In this document: piece by piece, positions 45,834 through 59,049 of the stretch
Position numbering within the stretch: the first letter of the stretch is position 1
How the letters are laid out: every line of letters begins with the position of its first letter
Origin: Fimbriosthenelais zetlandica
Lineage: Eukaryota
Assembly (NCBI GenBank): GCA_977030845.1
Contig: OZ365110.1
Location: forward strand, 20,088,001 to 20,152,000
DNA: 64,000 nt
Direction of reading: 5' to 3'
Position numbers and translations under genes: made by a program
The notes under the pieces: model-generated
Database searches by the model: none
Told to the model about the DNA's origin: nothing
The model's input: the letters and a program-made list of their open reading frames with translations, nothing else

Positions 45834-48800
45834 TTACGTAGTCATCATCTTGGCGAATTCTGAAAAAAGCAAAGTTCATTCGTGAGATTAAAAAACCAAA
45901 CCATTTATATGATTCACTGTAGGAATTAGTATAATATTATAACGCAAGTCCAACACGAAACCAAGCACCTAGTATAGTAATGAATCATAGAAAATGATTA
46001 TCAATCATAACGATAATAAATTAATTGTTGTTGACAGAAGCGCTTCCTCCAAATCTTTGCTATGGTCTAGAGTTCCTGGTGTCTGGTGCCATGACATTTT
46101 CCAAGTAATCATAACAATAATAAATGAATAAATGTTAACAGAAACATTTCCACCGAATCTTAAATTTGCTATTATATAGGCCTAGCGTTCCTGGGTCTCG
46201 TCAATGGCCATGACATATTCCAAACTGAAATATATATATTATGCTTGCTATTCAGCATTTCAGGTTACTTTAACAGTAGGCCTACTATTACCATTTCATG
46301 TCTGTTTTTAAACCAACAATCTTTGGCCAGTTAATCATAAATTAACACGTCATCTGAAAATATTATTTTAAATAGTCGGAGGTAGGATGTGTGGGCAGTA
46401 GCCTTCCTCCCGGCTGAATTAAGAGTGCCTCAGAGAACTGAAGGCTGTGATCTTCAAATTAATCCCACACGATCGGAACTTCCTCACTACTACGTCATCT
46501 ATTCGTTCTATAAATTCCTCTCCTCCACTATGGCCAAGGCTTGATTTAAATACCATTTGCTCCGCCACAAAAAGATAAATAGTTGATTGTAGGCCTACAG
46601 GCTGCTGAGGGACTAAGGGGCATCCCTGTGTCTAGTGATAAAAACCATCAACAGAACCACCGACAATTATTAGCAAAATGTGTGGTATTTGGAGGTTTTA
46701 TTCTGTGCCAGAATAGCTTGAGATAATCTATTTCAGTGCTATTCCTGATTACACCTTGAGAAAAAATGTTCTCTTGGTGCTAAAATCATCAGTGCTATCG
46801 ATGGAGGCATGGTACATTCTTTCATTATTTTCTAGATGTATGCATTTAATAAGCCTATAGATAAGAATAGATATTAATGGTACCATGGTATTCATATTAG
46901 ATATTTCCTGTACATGTACAATAAAGAGATCCAATTGCCGGAACTATTTTCCTATACCTGTCAATATTTCTCATTCTGGAGCTATTTACAATGCAATCGC
47001 GCCATTATTCGCCGAATCTTCGGAATGTTTTGATTTATTTAGCATACTTGTAAAGGTGTACTCGAAAGGTGGCCTAAAGGAACACTCGAACTGTAAGGTA
47101 TATGTATTAAAACCTACCTTCATAGTTAACCTGGCCATCACCATCTATGTCTGCTTGCTTCATCATTTCGTCCACCTCCTCATCTGTGAGTTTCTCGCCT
47201 AGATTCGTCATCACATGGCGGAGCTCGGATGCTGAGATAAAGCCATTGCCATCTTTGTCAAAGACCCGGAAGGCCTGGCGAATCTCTAGCTCTAGATCAG
47301 TTTCCACGAACTTTTTTGCCATTAGGTGTAAGAACTCAGTGAAGTCAATGGTTTCGCTACCTGCAAAGGATAAACAGGATATTAGGCCTAGGTATGGACG
47401 TTTTTTTGTTTTTTACTTCTGTACAGTACCATGATATAAGCAATGTTCAGGTATAGATAGGCCTTGTCAATGGACATCCTTATCCTCATTCCACAGATCA
47501 GTACCATGTACCATGGGAAATTCTGATCTATTATATCTATAGAGGTTTTTCTTGAGACGTCCCAGGCGGAAACCAGGCTTTACACAGTTAGAAATAATAG
47601 TAGTAGTCGGCTCACTAGAAGTTGCCATTTTACATGTCATAGACGTAACTTATAAAGGTGTCTACACATAAAGCCGATTCTCCGATAGCTGTCCGATTCA
47701 ATATTTCTATTAATTAACACCCAATGCTTGTAATTTGAACAGACTGTTACACATAGATCTAAGGGTAATTACTGACACAATTTCAATCATTAGAATGTCA
47801 AGTGTTACAGTAGTGGAATGAGACAAAGTGAAATATTTACCGTCAATATCAACTTCATTGATAATTTGGAGAAGTTCAGCCTCGGTTGGATTCTCTCCGA
47901 GTGTCCTCATAACTTCTCCCAACTCACGGGTCGTGATTACTCCATCTCCGTTCTTGTCAAACAATGCGAAGGCCTCTCCTAATTCTGCAAGATTCATAAC
48001 GTTTAGAAGTTTAGGCATGTCGTTAGGTAGATCATGCGGACGGATAGATCGCACTAGTTCAGAAAATCTTGAACTCTGGATGGTCATTCTCGACCTTTTC
48101 TTCTTTTTGCTGAGAGAAATGAGCTTCTGGAATATCTCAGAAGCTGTAGTTCTCTTCCTGCGGTAAATGATCATGGTGATAATTATTATGTCCTTTTTGG
48201 AATCAACGAGCACAGATAGGCCTAAGTGCCTTTCCTTCAAATGGGAGTACTATTTATCCGTTGCTATCAAGACTCGATGTGGATTAACTTTGTGGTTGTT
48301 AACAGCTGGGATTGTAGGCCTACCCACAGATCCACCCTGATCGGCTGCTGAAAGGCGATTCCAAGCAGTCAGCCTCACCTCAATATTTATACATGGGGCA
48401 TGGGGTTGGTATGCGGGGGAGGGAAAGCATCACATGAGGAAGCTGGCCTGGGAGGGAATAGTTTACACTCACTGAGTGTTCCTAGAAGTCAAACCATCCT
48501 GTTTGGTGCTCATTCCTCAACCACATGTTGGCCTGCTAGACCTGCCCATGGCATACATTGAATATTTCAACTAATTGACTCAACTTCTTCCTAGTATATC
48601 AGGATGTTTCTAGTCATGAATATCAGACGTTGCTTTCCTATCAATTTACTCAAAATTTACTGTACTAAATGAAATTCAGATAATCTGAATGCCAATTAAG
48701 AGATTGTATAATAATAACTCATGGGGATTGAAACAAGTCGGAGGCCATTGAAGCTGGCTTGGCGAGCTAAGCGCTAAGCGCTCTAGCCTGAAAGGCGACC

Positions 48801-51800
48801 GCCTGCTCCCATTTCTCAATTTTTATGTCTGGACTTGCCTTGCCAAAGGAAAAACAGCTTCCCGGAAAAATGGCAAGTATTTGGGATAAGAGAATGAGCT
48901 ATGACCGTTCAGTGGGAGTCTAGAATGAACCCGAACACCTAGCAGGATGTAAAAACTTACTCCAGATCGACGAGTAGCCTGTCAAGGCAGTTCTATCAAT
49001 GAAGGTCGAATGAATGAGTTAGAAACTTTCCAGGAATGCACCAAAATCTAACTTCTAAGCTCGCTCCTCAGTATCCACTTATCAGCACATTGCAATGCAC
49101 CCCACCCCGTTTTCGTCTGTATAATTATACAAGTCATGAAAGTGACTCAAAAGATAGATTTATATACCTGGTATGGTACCAGTTATGGTATAACATGTCA
49201 CTGTCCCAGCGTTTAAAAAAGTATTTTTGTTATCTTTTACCAAATAGGTCTTGGTGAGAAAACAATTGATTGAAAGATCACGGACAGGAGAGCCACAGAT
49301 TTTAATTAGAATTCCAAGATCTGTTCAGCATTCCCTAATAGGGATGGAGCAGCCGTGAATGGAACGTAATCATCGTCTTAACCAGCGATAGCCTTTGGCA
49401 AACAAGTTAAATTAATCTTATAAAAATAATTTTAACATGCAGAGGGCTCCCGCATAACAATCGTGCACTGTTTTTAAGCAGGGACTAATCGGGGTTAAAA
49501 GAATTCTAAGATACAAGCATTGTTTGGCATTTCTCTGACCAAGAGGTTCTTGAATTTCGCCGAAGCAAGGTATATCTGGTAAAACTACCCATGGACCAGG
49601 TACTTTGCTGTGGATCATATCAATTAGGACCCCCAGATGGAAATCAAGAAGAAAGCCATATATGTTATTACATGTCTTCTCGAAGCATCACATTACTTGC
49701 GCAAACCTTTTAATTGGGAAGCCAACACTGCGAGCTAGTGATGCGAGGGTCTCTTGCTTTGTACGCTTTGGTTTCCATTCTCGCATATAGATGGCTGTCC
49801 GTCTACATAATTCGCTATATCTTGAACGGTCATTCCATCCAATACATTCTAATTAGTGTGTATGTTAAATTACATGTAATTATGTTTTAAAATGTGTTTG
49901 GTAAATTTGCATTATTAAAGAACTGAAAGTTTAGGGTCCGTCAATACCTGGGTGAGATTTACCCCTTTTAGCAACGTTAATGGTCTATACCCGGGTCTAT
50001 ACCTTCGGCGAACGCATCATTCATATTTTCCTCGATTCCTAGCACCTGTGGTGCAAAACAATTTATTTCAAATAATCTACTTACCTAAATGTCTGACTCA
50101 TTTAAATCCAGAAAGTGAAATACAAGCGTGTTGATCTCTTACCTCCCACTCGTACATTCACTCACACCTGTCGGTCTCTCATAATCTACCCACACCTTGC
50201 CAAAGCAATTTCATTTTATCTTTCGGCCTACCGCTGAGTCTTACCTTGCTGACTTCAATGTGCTCCTATCCTCACCTACCATCATTCCCATTTATGTCCT
50301 ACATTCCACTCCTCCCCTTCATCATTTCCGATATCGATCTTAACTTTCTACCTTCCTCTGACTGTTATAGCCTTTTATAAAGCTTCAGTCATTTCATTTT
50401 ACTGTCCCGATGGTTTTTAATGTACTTCACTTTAACGTACAAAAATATAATTATTTTAACGCCTATCCTGTCCAAGGCGCGTCCCTTTGTTCGTGTTCAT
50501 GATATTTCTCATTATCTCTCTTCCCAGCTTACCCACCCTCTGTTGGTATACATTTCTGCTCTATCAACACATGTGTTGTCATACAGATCTGTGCTTTCAC
50601 AACACAAGGAAGTCCTAATCCATCTCTTGTTTGTTTTCCTGGACTGAGGCCAGATTATAGTAGGCCCGTGAACCACAATCATCAATGAGTGGCTCCCACA
50701 AGGTCAAGGAAGCCACACCAGACGCTCGCACCCATGCAGCCACATATCCGGCTCACCAAGGGCTTCCCCACCAAATACCCCCAAGCCGGACGTCCAGGCT
50801 GAGCAGCGGGTGCCGTGGAAGTGTTTACCTTCCTTGTTTTTCTACCTATGATCTGCCAGAAACTTGAGATCAGAAGTTATGTTAGCAAATAACTCTTTGG
50901 AAAGAAACAAAATTCCGGAATGACTATGTTTTGTCTCATGTTGAGATGATGGAATATTTCTATGTAAGAAGCCGTATTTGTGATATATTATGTTCTGCAA
51001 AAAAAAACACTTTTTCACCAAATAATAATAATGGTGGTGGTAGGTATGGGTAGGCCTATGTTACCAAGTAGACAGAAAACTTCATGTATGATGTCGGTTT
51101 AAGTATTCTCTTTACAACATTTTGCAGATAAAAAATATTTTATTTACACTATTTAGATACATAGGCGTAATTACATGCATAAATTTCGACCCACTTCCTA
51201 AAAAAACTAGCCATTTCTATGAATTCCATTCAATTTAAGGATTCCATTTAGGGGGGGGGGGCAATTCCGCGAATTCCGCGATGGCCCTAGTCACATGTAT
51301 AAATGGTTTTTATCCAGCCTTGACATTTCAATTATCAGAGACAACAGGGATGGAGTCCGAGACAAGGTACTAGGGGCCTAAATGCGTCGTTAAGTTTATC
51401 CAACAGGCGAGCTGGAGTGGAAGTGTAAAATGATTGCTAGGTCCCGGATCTAGGTTTCAGGTTATCATGCTTCTCCTATTGCCAATAACAATGTAAAGGC
51501 AGTGCTGCAGGGACCTGTGTTGGTGATTGAGTCTGCCTATGAAGTATAGAGAACGTAGGATGGTATCCTCTTCTCCAACAGGTGTGAGCAGCTCACTTAC
51601 TCTTTGTGTGTAAAAAAAAAATAGTGGCAGAAAAAATAGGCAAAAACTGGCGGATAAGAGGAAAGAGCTTTTTGAACATTATTCCTCCATTTTAGATGAG
51701 TACCTTTACCACAGAGGTACTTGGCACATTTGTCCATATCTAGTTACTGCCGACAGGTATTTTTTATGATGGATCACAGTATTATGGCGCTACCTGAAGA

Positions 51801-53369
51801 TATTGCATAGTATTAAATATAATGAACAGCATAGGAATAGACCCTTCTTGACCTGCAATATTGTATTGTCTCAATGACTATCGGTAAACCAGGAAGAAAT
51901 GTTTACTCTGCACATAAACCTTCCCCAATTAATAATAATAATAATAATAAAGGGTGGCATTTCAAAAAGAACCTATGGCCGTTTGGTAATTAGGTAATTA
52001 GGTGGTAATTAATTCATGGAAGTCGGAGGTGAGGCACCCAGGTGAGGCACCCAGACAGACGGAAGTTGTTATATATATGCTTGTCATGATTCTTCTTAAG
52101 CGTGGTTGTTAACATGAAGGTATTTTTAAGGGAAAGATATGCATGCATACATGGAGTTTAACAATTGCAAGTTAGATGCATACTATAAAATATCGATGCA
52201 ATTACGTAAAGGGAGAATGATCTATCCAAAAAATACATAATCACCCCTATCAATAATGACACCGAGACAGTCAAGTCAATGACGGGGTGGGGGGGGGGGG
52301 TCTTTCTCTGTTTTGATTGTTTTATTAACACATGTACCTGTATATATGTTGGAATTTTGAAACTATTGTAATTGAAAACCGACAGACATGCCGAATTATG
52401 ATAGTATAAACAATAAAAAAAAAAAAAAAAAAAAGTTGGTAGAACACTCGCATGGAATGCCAGAGACCGGGTTCTCATCCCAGTATGGGCACAGATTTTT
52501 TTAACAATCTACTTCGAGTCAGGATGCATAGACAATCTCATTATCTGCAATAGTGCGCAAGCGCGGATAATGGACACTATCGTCCCTATACCTTCGATGT
52601 GTTGTATTAAATTATTGTATTTATATACAATATATATAATACAACATATATATGTTGTATTCGACGGATTTACGTTTGTGTTTGCCTGTCTTATGGACTC
52701 TTTCCTGTCATGAGGCTACATGTGGAACATGACTGATAAACAAGGGACCATCCCTTATCCCTCTCGCGGAAATATCCATACATCATTATTGTACAGTAAG
52801 TTATTATGTACGCCTATTGGACTAAAAGGGTATACAAGGACCACTGCGGTAAAGGTATGTTCTCTTTGATTTCCAATACATGAACAATTTTCTGAACGGG
52901 TTAATAACATTAACAAAGCAGAACTTAAAAGCTATATTTAAGGTCAATCAGATCATGATATCCTAATTTAGCACCAAGTACTTTGGACGGTACGTCATTT
53001 TGCAACAATACAATGCAAAGTAGTATAGAACTATTTCGGCTTTGCTTGCCACACTTGTTACATAACATCTGTTTCACTGTGTGACTTTGAACGCCTTTGA
53101 ACTGAATAATCATTTCAGGCTGCTCTTGCAAACCAATTAGACAAAATTATGTTGGCTTTTAAGCGTATATTTAGTTCTCCAAGAATGATCAGACATCTAG
53201 TCTAAGACATCCTAATTGGCACAAAGTTAACGTGCCATTGTGATGTTAAACATAATGGTTCTCAACTTGTTAAATAGAATCTACATTTCAAGGTTCACAA
53301 TCATCTAAAAAATATGTATGAAGTCTTTGTGTACTAACCTGAGACTTGTTCTGCCGTGAGTTCGTCGAT
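45834..53369 (-). CDS. Calmodulin-like protein (4 EF-hands); exons 53339-53369, 47841-47984, 47118-47360, 45834-45859; start exon further upstream
   Basis: [147 protein letters not shown]. The 31- and 144-nt exons and their phases match calmodulin genes, but the protein is too divergent to be canonical calmodulin. Confidence 0.93.
52435..52483 (+). mobile_element. tRNA-derived SINE-head fragment of the same type as the palindrome cassettes
   Basis: gttggtagaaca CTCGC atggaat GCCAG agaccgggttctcatcccag, with the same GGA pseudo-anticodon; preceded by a poly-A run at about 52415-52434. Confidence 0.55.
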
Positions 53370-54602
53370 CTGAAGTGGCAAAGAAGAATTATTGTGAGAC
53401 TGGCGATTTACATTATTGTTAATTTGCGTCTTTCGTCGCCCTGCCCAATTCATGTTGGATGTACTTTTATCTGTGGGCGAAATAAAATAATTCTTGACGA
53501 AGGCCCTGATCCTGTTGACCACTTTCCTGTGATTGGAGGAAACCTTCTTTTTCTGTAAGGAACCCAGCTTGAGGCCGTAGTTAAACAATCCAAAGTCCGA
53601 AAACTGTTATCCAACCACTGACTAGTTTCAATCAATCACTCAGATATGATTATGCCCCAAAAAGGTTAATTCTGGGTATAAGATTGATTCCTTGCGTTGA
53701 CAATTGGATTCTGACTAATGTATTGACTTTTGATATGTGTGGTTCGTTGTCCTGTCCAGTGTGAGGTGGTGCAGATCAGATGCTCACAGATGCTCTCAAC
53801 TGCTCTCTTCTTGCTATTGGTGCTGGTAGTGCTTTAACTGCTCCCACGAGAGCAGAATCTGATGTGCTGGTCTTATGCCTTGTGGACGAGCATCTCGCAG
53901 ACTTTATACCCTCACCAGGAAGGACAGTAGTGCTGGTGCTTGTGGTGTTGGGAACCTAGTGGTGACTGGTCAAGACAAAACAACTGTAATCTTTGACGCC
54001 ATAGAACGAAGGCATGTTTTGGCATGGGAGAAAGACACGGAACAGTGTGTTACTAGGCAGAAAAAAGTCAGCATTTAACATGAACCAGACTCGCACCTAA
54101 AGGTATGAAAGTACGCAGCTGAGTTCACATCACAAAAAGAACAAAAATAAAGTGTCTATATATATAAAGACAGTTAAGTGTGACATAAATCATGTCGTCA
54201 CTTCAGAACCCTAATGTTGCGTTGTCATTCATAAGTCCGGGAACGTCCGTGTTTACCTTAGGCTTATGACAAATCCAAAGTGCCGGAGCCACAGCCCAAA
54301 ACGGACCTTGAAAAAGGTTTTATTTACTTCTGATCCTGGGAGATTTAAAGCACTATTATGAAGTATGGTGATATATAAAATTATAATAATATTATAAGGA
54401 CTATCAGGTACATATTCTCAAGTCTATGGGATGTTTGTATATGGGCATTATAAATACAAAAATAAATTAATTAAATAGAAAAACGATATGCTACATAAAA
54501 TGTGATAAGCATGTAATTCATTGAAAAACATTAAAATAGCGCTGTAGTGAACTGATATACAACTGGAAAGGCGGAAATGGAACCTATTAGTTTAGAACTT
54601 AC

Positions 54603-54659
54603 CCATTTCTTGGTAATCAATGATAGTCTTCGTGGCCGCTTTCGCCATCTCATTCTGAA
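54603..54659 (-). CDS. Candidate upstream coding exon of the calmodulin-like gene
   Basis: Acceptor gtcttttctag| and donor TGG|GTAAGT. ATG 54653 gives MRWRKRPRRLSLITKKW in phase 0, matching the 31-nt exon. Confidence 0.5.
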
Positions 54660-57499
54660 CTAGAAAAGACAAGTTTTGGTGAAAAACTATTCCGGGGAAT
54701 CTGAATGTATATGGTGTTTAGGCGTGCGGTGTTGGTGTAGGTTGGGCATGGTGAGGGGACTGTGGTGAGGATGATCTTGGATTATTCTGTTGTTCATTCC
54801 GAAGGGCAGTAATGGGAGACAAAGAACTAAGAAGGCTTGTCTGTACGAATGTCTTCAAATTTGACAGAAATATGAAAATGGGAATGCCAACAATTTAGCT
54901 GGAAAAAATGGCCATTACGGTTACTGGTCACCTTCACATTTCGTTTCTTAGATCTATCATTCAGACGATTGGACTTGCTGACACCTAGTGCTGACCATTT
55001 CGAATGTCAATATCTGTGGTTAGATGTGAATCTAGTAGCGGCAAAGTGCAGAACTAACAAATGGCTTTGATGCTCACTGGGCGTTCCTTATTGTGAGAAG
55101 CAAGTGGTTTGAGGGCGCTATCCTCCTCAATATGCCTCCATTAATAAGAATCATAGACCTAGTGGCAATATGCAACTTTGAGGTGCAACTTTGGGATTTT
55201 GAGGTATTTAACCCATAATAAGTATGTGTTGGTTACATAGGATGGGGATTTTATCTTAATCTAAGTTGTGTACATGTATTTAAAGGCAATCCATAAAAAG
55301 AATCTTGAAAATATAGAAAAATCCCGAAATGAATCCTTCAAGAATTGCTTTGACTTGTAAGGAATGCGATCGCAGTTAAAAATGGATTTTGGCCTTTGAT
55401 GAACAAAAAAGTTCTAAAAAGTTAACTATGTGCATGAAGTTTTTAAATTCAAAACAAACAGACCGCAACGGAAATTTATATTCATCCATTTGAATTTGGT
55501 TTAGACTATTAAAAACAAAGATAGAATCTGTACAATAGAAACTGTCCATAATTTCAGATTTCATAATATGCACATTTCATAATAATGGTGTGTGATGCTG
55601 TAGAAAATTGACGTTTTTCATGATTAAATTCTATGAATGAAATTTTAATGACTTGAATTGAAATGTGATGATGCGAGACATGGAGACAAGCAGGATCCTA
55701 GAATCCTTATAGAACTGGTTGACAGACATGGAATGGGTCCGTCTTAATTGACTGACGTGTAGGTTATATAACATGTTTGATAATTAAAAAAATTCTTTCT
55801 GTGATTTCCTCACAATTGAACCAATCTATACACGAATTTCATACGATGATAATTATTAAGAGAAGAGAAGGTTTCTGGTCAGCCGCAAAAAAAAGACATA
55901 CTTACAGAAAACACCTGTTTTGGTATCAGCGAGTGTTTAGGTGCTTTCTCCACATTCCCATTTTCGTCCTCCACAAATTTCGGTGTTGGGAATCTCACAG
56001 CCTTTTTGAATCTCCTAGAAGCTTTGAGTATAGCTTCTCTAAAGGACCACATTATAGACTAATTAGTAAAATGCTGTCTTGTACCTTATTATTCTTACAT
56101 TGACCTTATACTCATCTTCTCCAGTTGATATGCTGACTAAATTAGCTGTATATCTCTCAAAGTATTCAGAAATGAATTGTGCTACTCGGCACCTGTACCT
56201 CTGGAATTTGAGTGAACGAAAATAATACCATCTATCAAAGGTGGTCTTTCATCCAGTTATACTTTGTGTTTCCAAAAATAAAGCATTCACTATATATAGG
56301 CTTCCATAGTCAACGAAGACCTCGTTGTTTTAACATGATGGGATTATCCCCAATCGTGGATATTTCTTTGAAAATATTGTTCCCTTCTGTTACGGGTTGA
56401 TTATATGGACTGTCAAAATAATGTTGACTATCTGCTATAATACTCATAAAGAACTGGGCATTTTGAATGGTAACAAGTTAGCGGTCACGCTCTCTTGCTT
56501 CACCAGGTCACGGCCTACATTTGTATCAAGTTTTCCATTGTAAATCTCGCTGGAGCTTTCATTAGTAAAAAAAGTCTTCTTGGAATTTGAAATTGTCTTG
56601 CTACTTTCATGAGTAGCAGTGATATTTAAATGTAATTCTATGCCTACAGTGAAATAAATATGTGGGTTCCCTTACCTGATGTTAACCCCATCATAGCCTA
56701 TTGGCTAATAGGCCTATACATGTGCAGACCATTGCATAATTAAGACATCTGAAACAGGCCCCTGTTAGTGTAGGCTAACTGGTGCGACACTTGAATCCAC
56801 CAGGACCACCGACAATGCCACCCCTAGATATGCCACTGAACTAGGGCTTAGGCATTTCGATGTGATATTTTATCTTGAAATTTGTTATTGAAATAAAACA
56901 TACCTAGGGCCTATTAAATTGTCAGGTAGGCCTACGCACCTAGTCCTAGCGGAGGGTACTAGAACAGATTTAGGGTAGGCCTACCGGGTGTATTTATCTC
57001 AGAGTTTCTAATCTGGACTTTAAAGTGAAAAAATAAATCCCGTTGATAAAATATTGAAGTTGTGGTTTTTCATTTTCAAAGTTTCACACCGAGCACAATT
57101 TGACACATCGACAGTAGGCCTAGGCCTACATCTTTACCAAATAGCCTACCAAATTGAAAATATAATTTCCCTCCATTTTATTTCAGATATAGGCCTATAG
57201 GCTTTGCTTCAACCCCTTTCTCTCCACCGCCCAGTCCCCAGCCCCCCCCCCCCCTCCAAAGCTGTGCCTAATAGATGACAGACGGCGCCACTTCCCCTAC
57301 TGACTTGCTTCCCCAACGTTTGGTAGGTTACCTCAGACAGGCTATATTTAACCATACAAGTAAACTACAAGGTTCCGTATTATAATTATATGGCCTTACA
57401 TTTATAGGCTACCACAACACTAGCTTGTATTAACTGGAACTGGGTGATTTCCGCCTTGTTTCCGCTTTGCCCCTAAGGCATATTATGTCTTTTTTTTGC

Positions 57500-57760
57500 A
57501 ACGAGCTCGCTGATTGGCTGATAGAAATCCATTGATGGGAGCTGCTCAGTAAATTTCGAAAGGCCTAAGGGTTTGTAAGTTTTCACATATTTAGTTCAAA
57601 GATTTTTAAAAGTATTTTAAACATAAAATTCTTCAAGAAGTTTGCGCTAAGAGTGTGATAGCAATTAATGACCAATCAGAATGAGTCTCGGTCAAAAACC
57701 CTTGGCCAAACTTCCAGCCAATCAGGTCGCTGTTATATCCTGACGTCGTTGTACGTCAAA
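57500..57760. promoter_or_regulatory. Probable bidirectional promoter
   Basis: CCAAT boxes at about 57512 (minus), 57671 and 57717, plus CRE-like TGACGTCG at about 57741, between the minus-strand calmodulin-like gene (donor GAG|GTAACC at 57332) and a plus-strand exon series. Confidence 0.5.
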
Positions 57761-57784
57761 GGCACCGTCCAGCAGGGAAAGAAA

Positions 57785-59049
57785 ATGCGAAGTTTACCAG
57801 GTATTTTAGCCTATTACTTACCAAATATACATGTAAGGTGGTGTTTTGGTATAAAGACCAAATCAAACCAGATAGTGATCCCGAGTGACGGATCACCAGC
57901 CGAGAGTGAAACGAGTGAATACGAGTGAATATGCCAGAAAAAACACCCTCGTGTTACGTGTGGTGATTCGGCACTCGGGATCACATTGATCATTACTGAC
58001 ATTAGACAATATGATCGGCTCCTTACCCCGGGCGGACACACAGGGATGGATATTTTATCTAATTGATCATATTATTATGTTTCTTAGCCAGGTAAACAAA
58101 TTAAGTCTATGCCTAATAGTTCTTAAACGAGTTCATGGCATCACAGTTGAACTTGCTGTTGGCCTAATGAAAAAACACAAAACAAAAACAAATTTTCAGG
58201 GGTGGGATTTTAGGCTAATAGCGATCATCAAACTTGTGAGCTGCAGTGTCCCCATAGTGCCACTACCTTCTAATGGACCTTGCCTGGAGGAATTTTAAAC
58301 ATTAATTTGTTTGCCTGTAGAGAGCTTTTCTTGTGGATGAACTGCATGTAGGTTCACATGACTGTCAGAGAGAAGTCGAAGACTAATGAATCTTTGAGGG
58401 CTGTGTGGGCAGATAAGATCATTATCCATTTACACATCGTCTCATCCCCTAAGACTATCTGTTGCCTCAGGGTCTAGACGTATTTTCTGACAATCCCATG
58501 TTGTGGGGCCTCTAGTATCGTGAAATTGTGGCACGATTTCATTTCACAAACCTTTCGTAAATTCTGAATGCGGCTCGTTGAATTTTATTTCTCACCCGGA
58601 CTTTCTATTTTATTAAAGTCTTCAAAGCTATTCTGCCATTCCATTCTGCATACAGGAAGTTCTTGAAAAGATGATTTTCGGGGTCAATGTTTATGGCACC
58701 AAGGTCTGAAGGTCGATGTTCCGTCTTCGACCAGAGACGATTATCTAAACCGGTACTATAAACTAATCTTGATTTACTGGTTCTATAAACTATAAGCTTG
58801 ACTGGATGTTACGTGTAACTAACGTTATTTTCTGTTTTCAAGGAAATCGTTTAATATTTCGAGGAAAATGGAAAGAATACTTTGCTGATGTTTGTTTGCG
58901 TGCATCAGACAATTACAGGCAGCACTCTACCTTGGAATGGATCAAGAGGAACCATGATCCAGCAGACATGTATGAATTCCCTATCCCTGGTGCGGCTGAC
59001 GGCCACTGGAGGAGCCACATTCTGTGGCTGGGCTCACACATCAAATCGG
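57785..59049 (+). CDS. Exons of an unidentified protein-coding gene (57785-57800 tentative; 58843-59049)
   Basis: Exon 58843-59049 has acceptor ttttctgttttcaag|, donor TCG G|GTGAGT and an open frame (GNRLIFRGKWKEYFADVCLRASDNYRQHSTLEWIKRNHDPADMYEFPIPGAADGHWRSHILWLGSHIKS). ATG CGA AGT TTA CCA G|GT supplies a phase-1 start. Downstream exons were not found with confidence. Confidence 0.6.

Noticed and set aside
18383-47434. Antisense ORFs overlapping real exons (18383-18652, 37831-38160, 41956-42216, 47147-47434)
   Set aside because: These are shadow frames of KChIP, CYP26, RING and calmodulin-like exons.
53700-54096. Minus-strand coding exon after the acceptor at 54097
   Set aside because: All three frames hit stops, so it cannot join the calmodulin-like frame.
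58843-59049. IRF DNA-binding domain or F-box resemblance
   Set aside because: Only scattered W and F.IP matches; the IRF tryptophan spacing is not kept.
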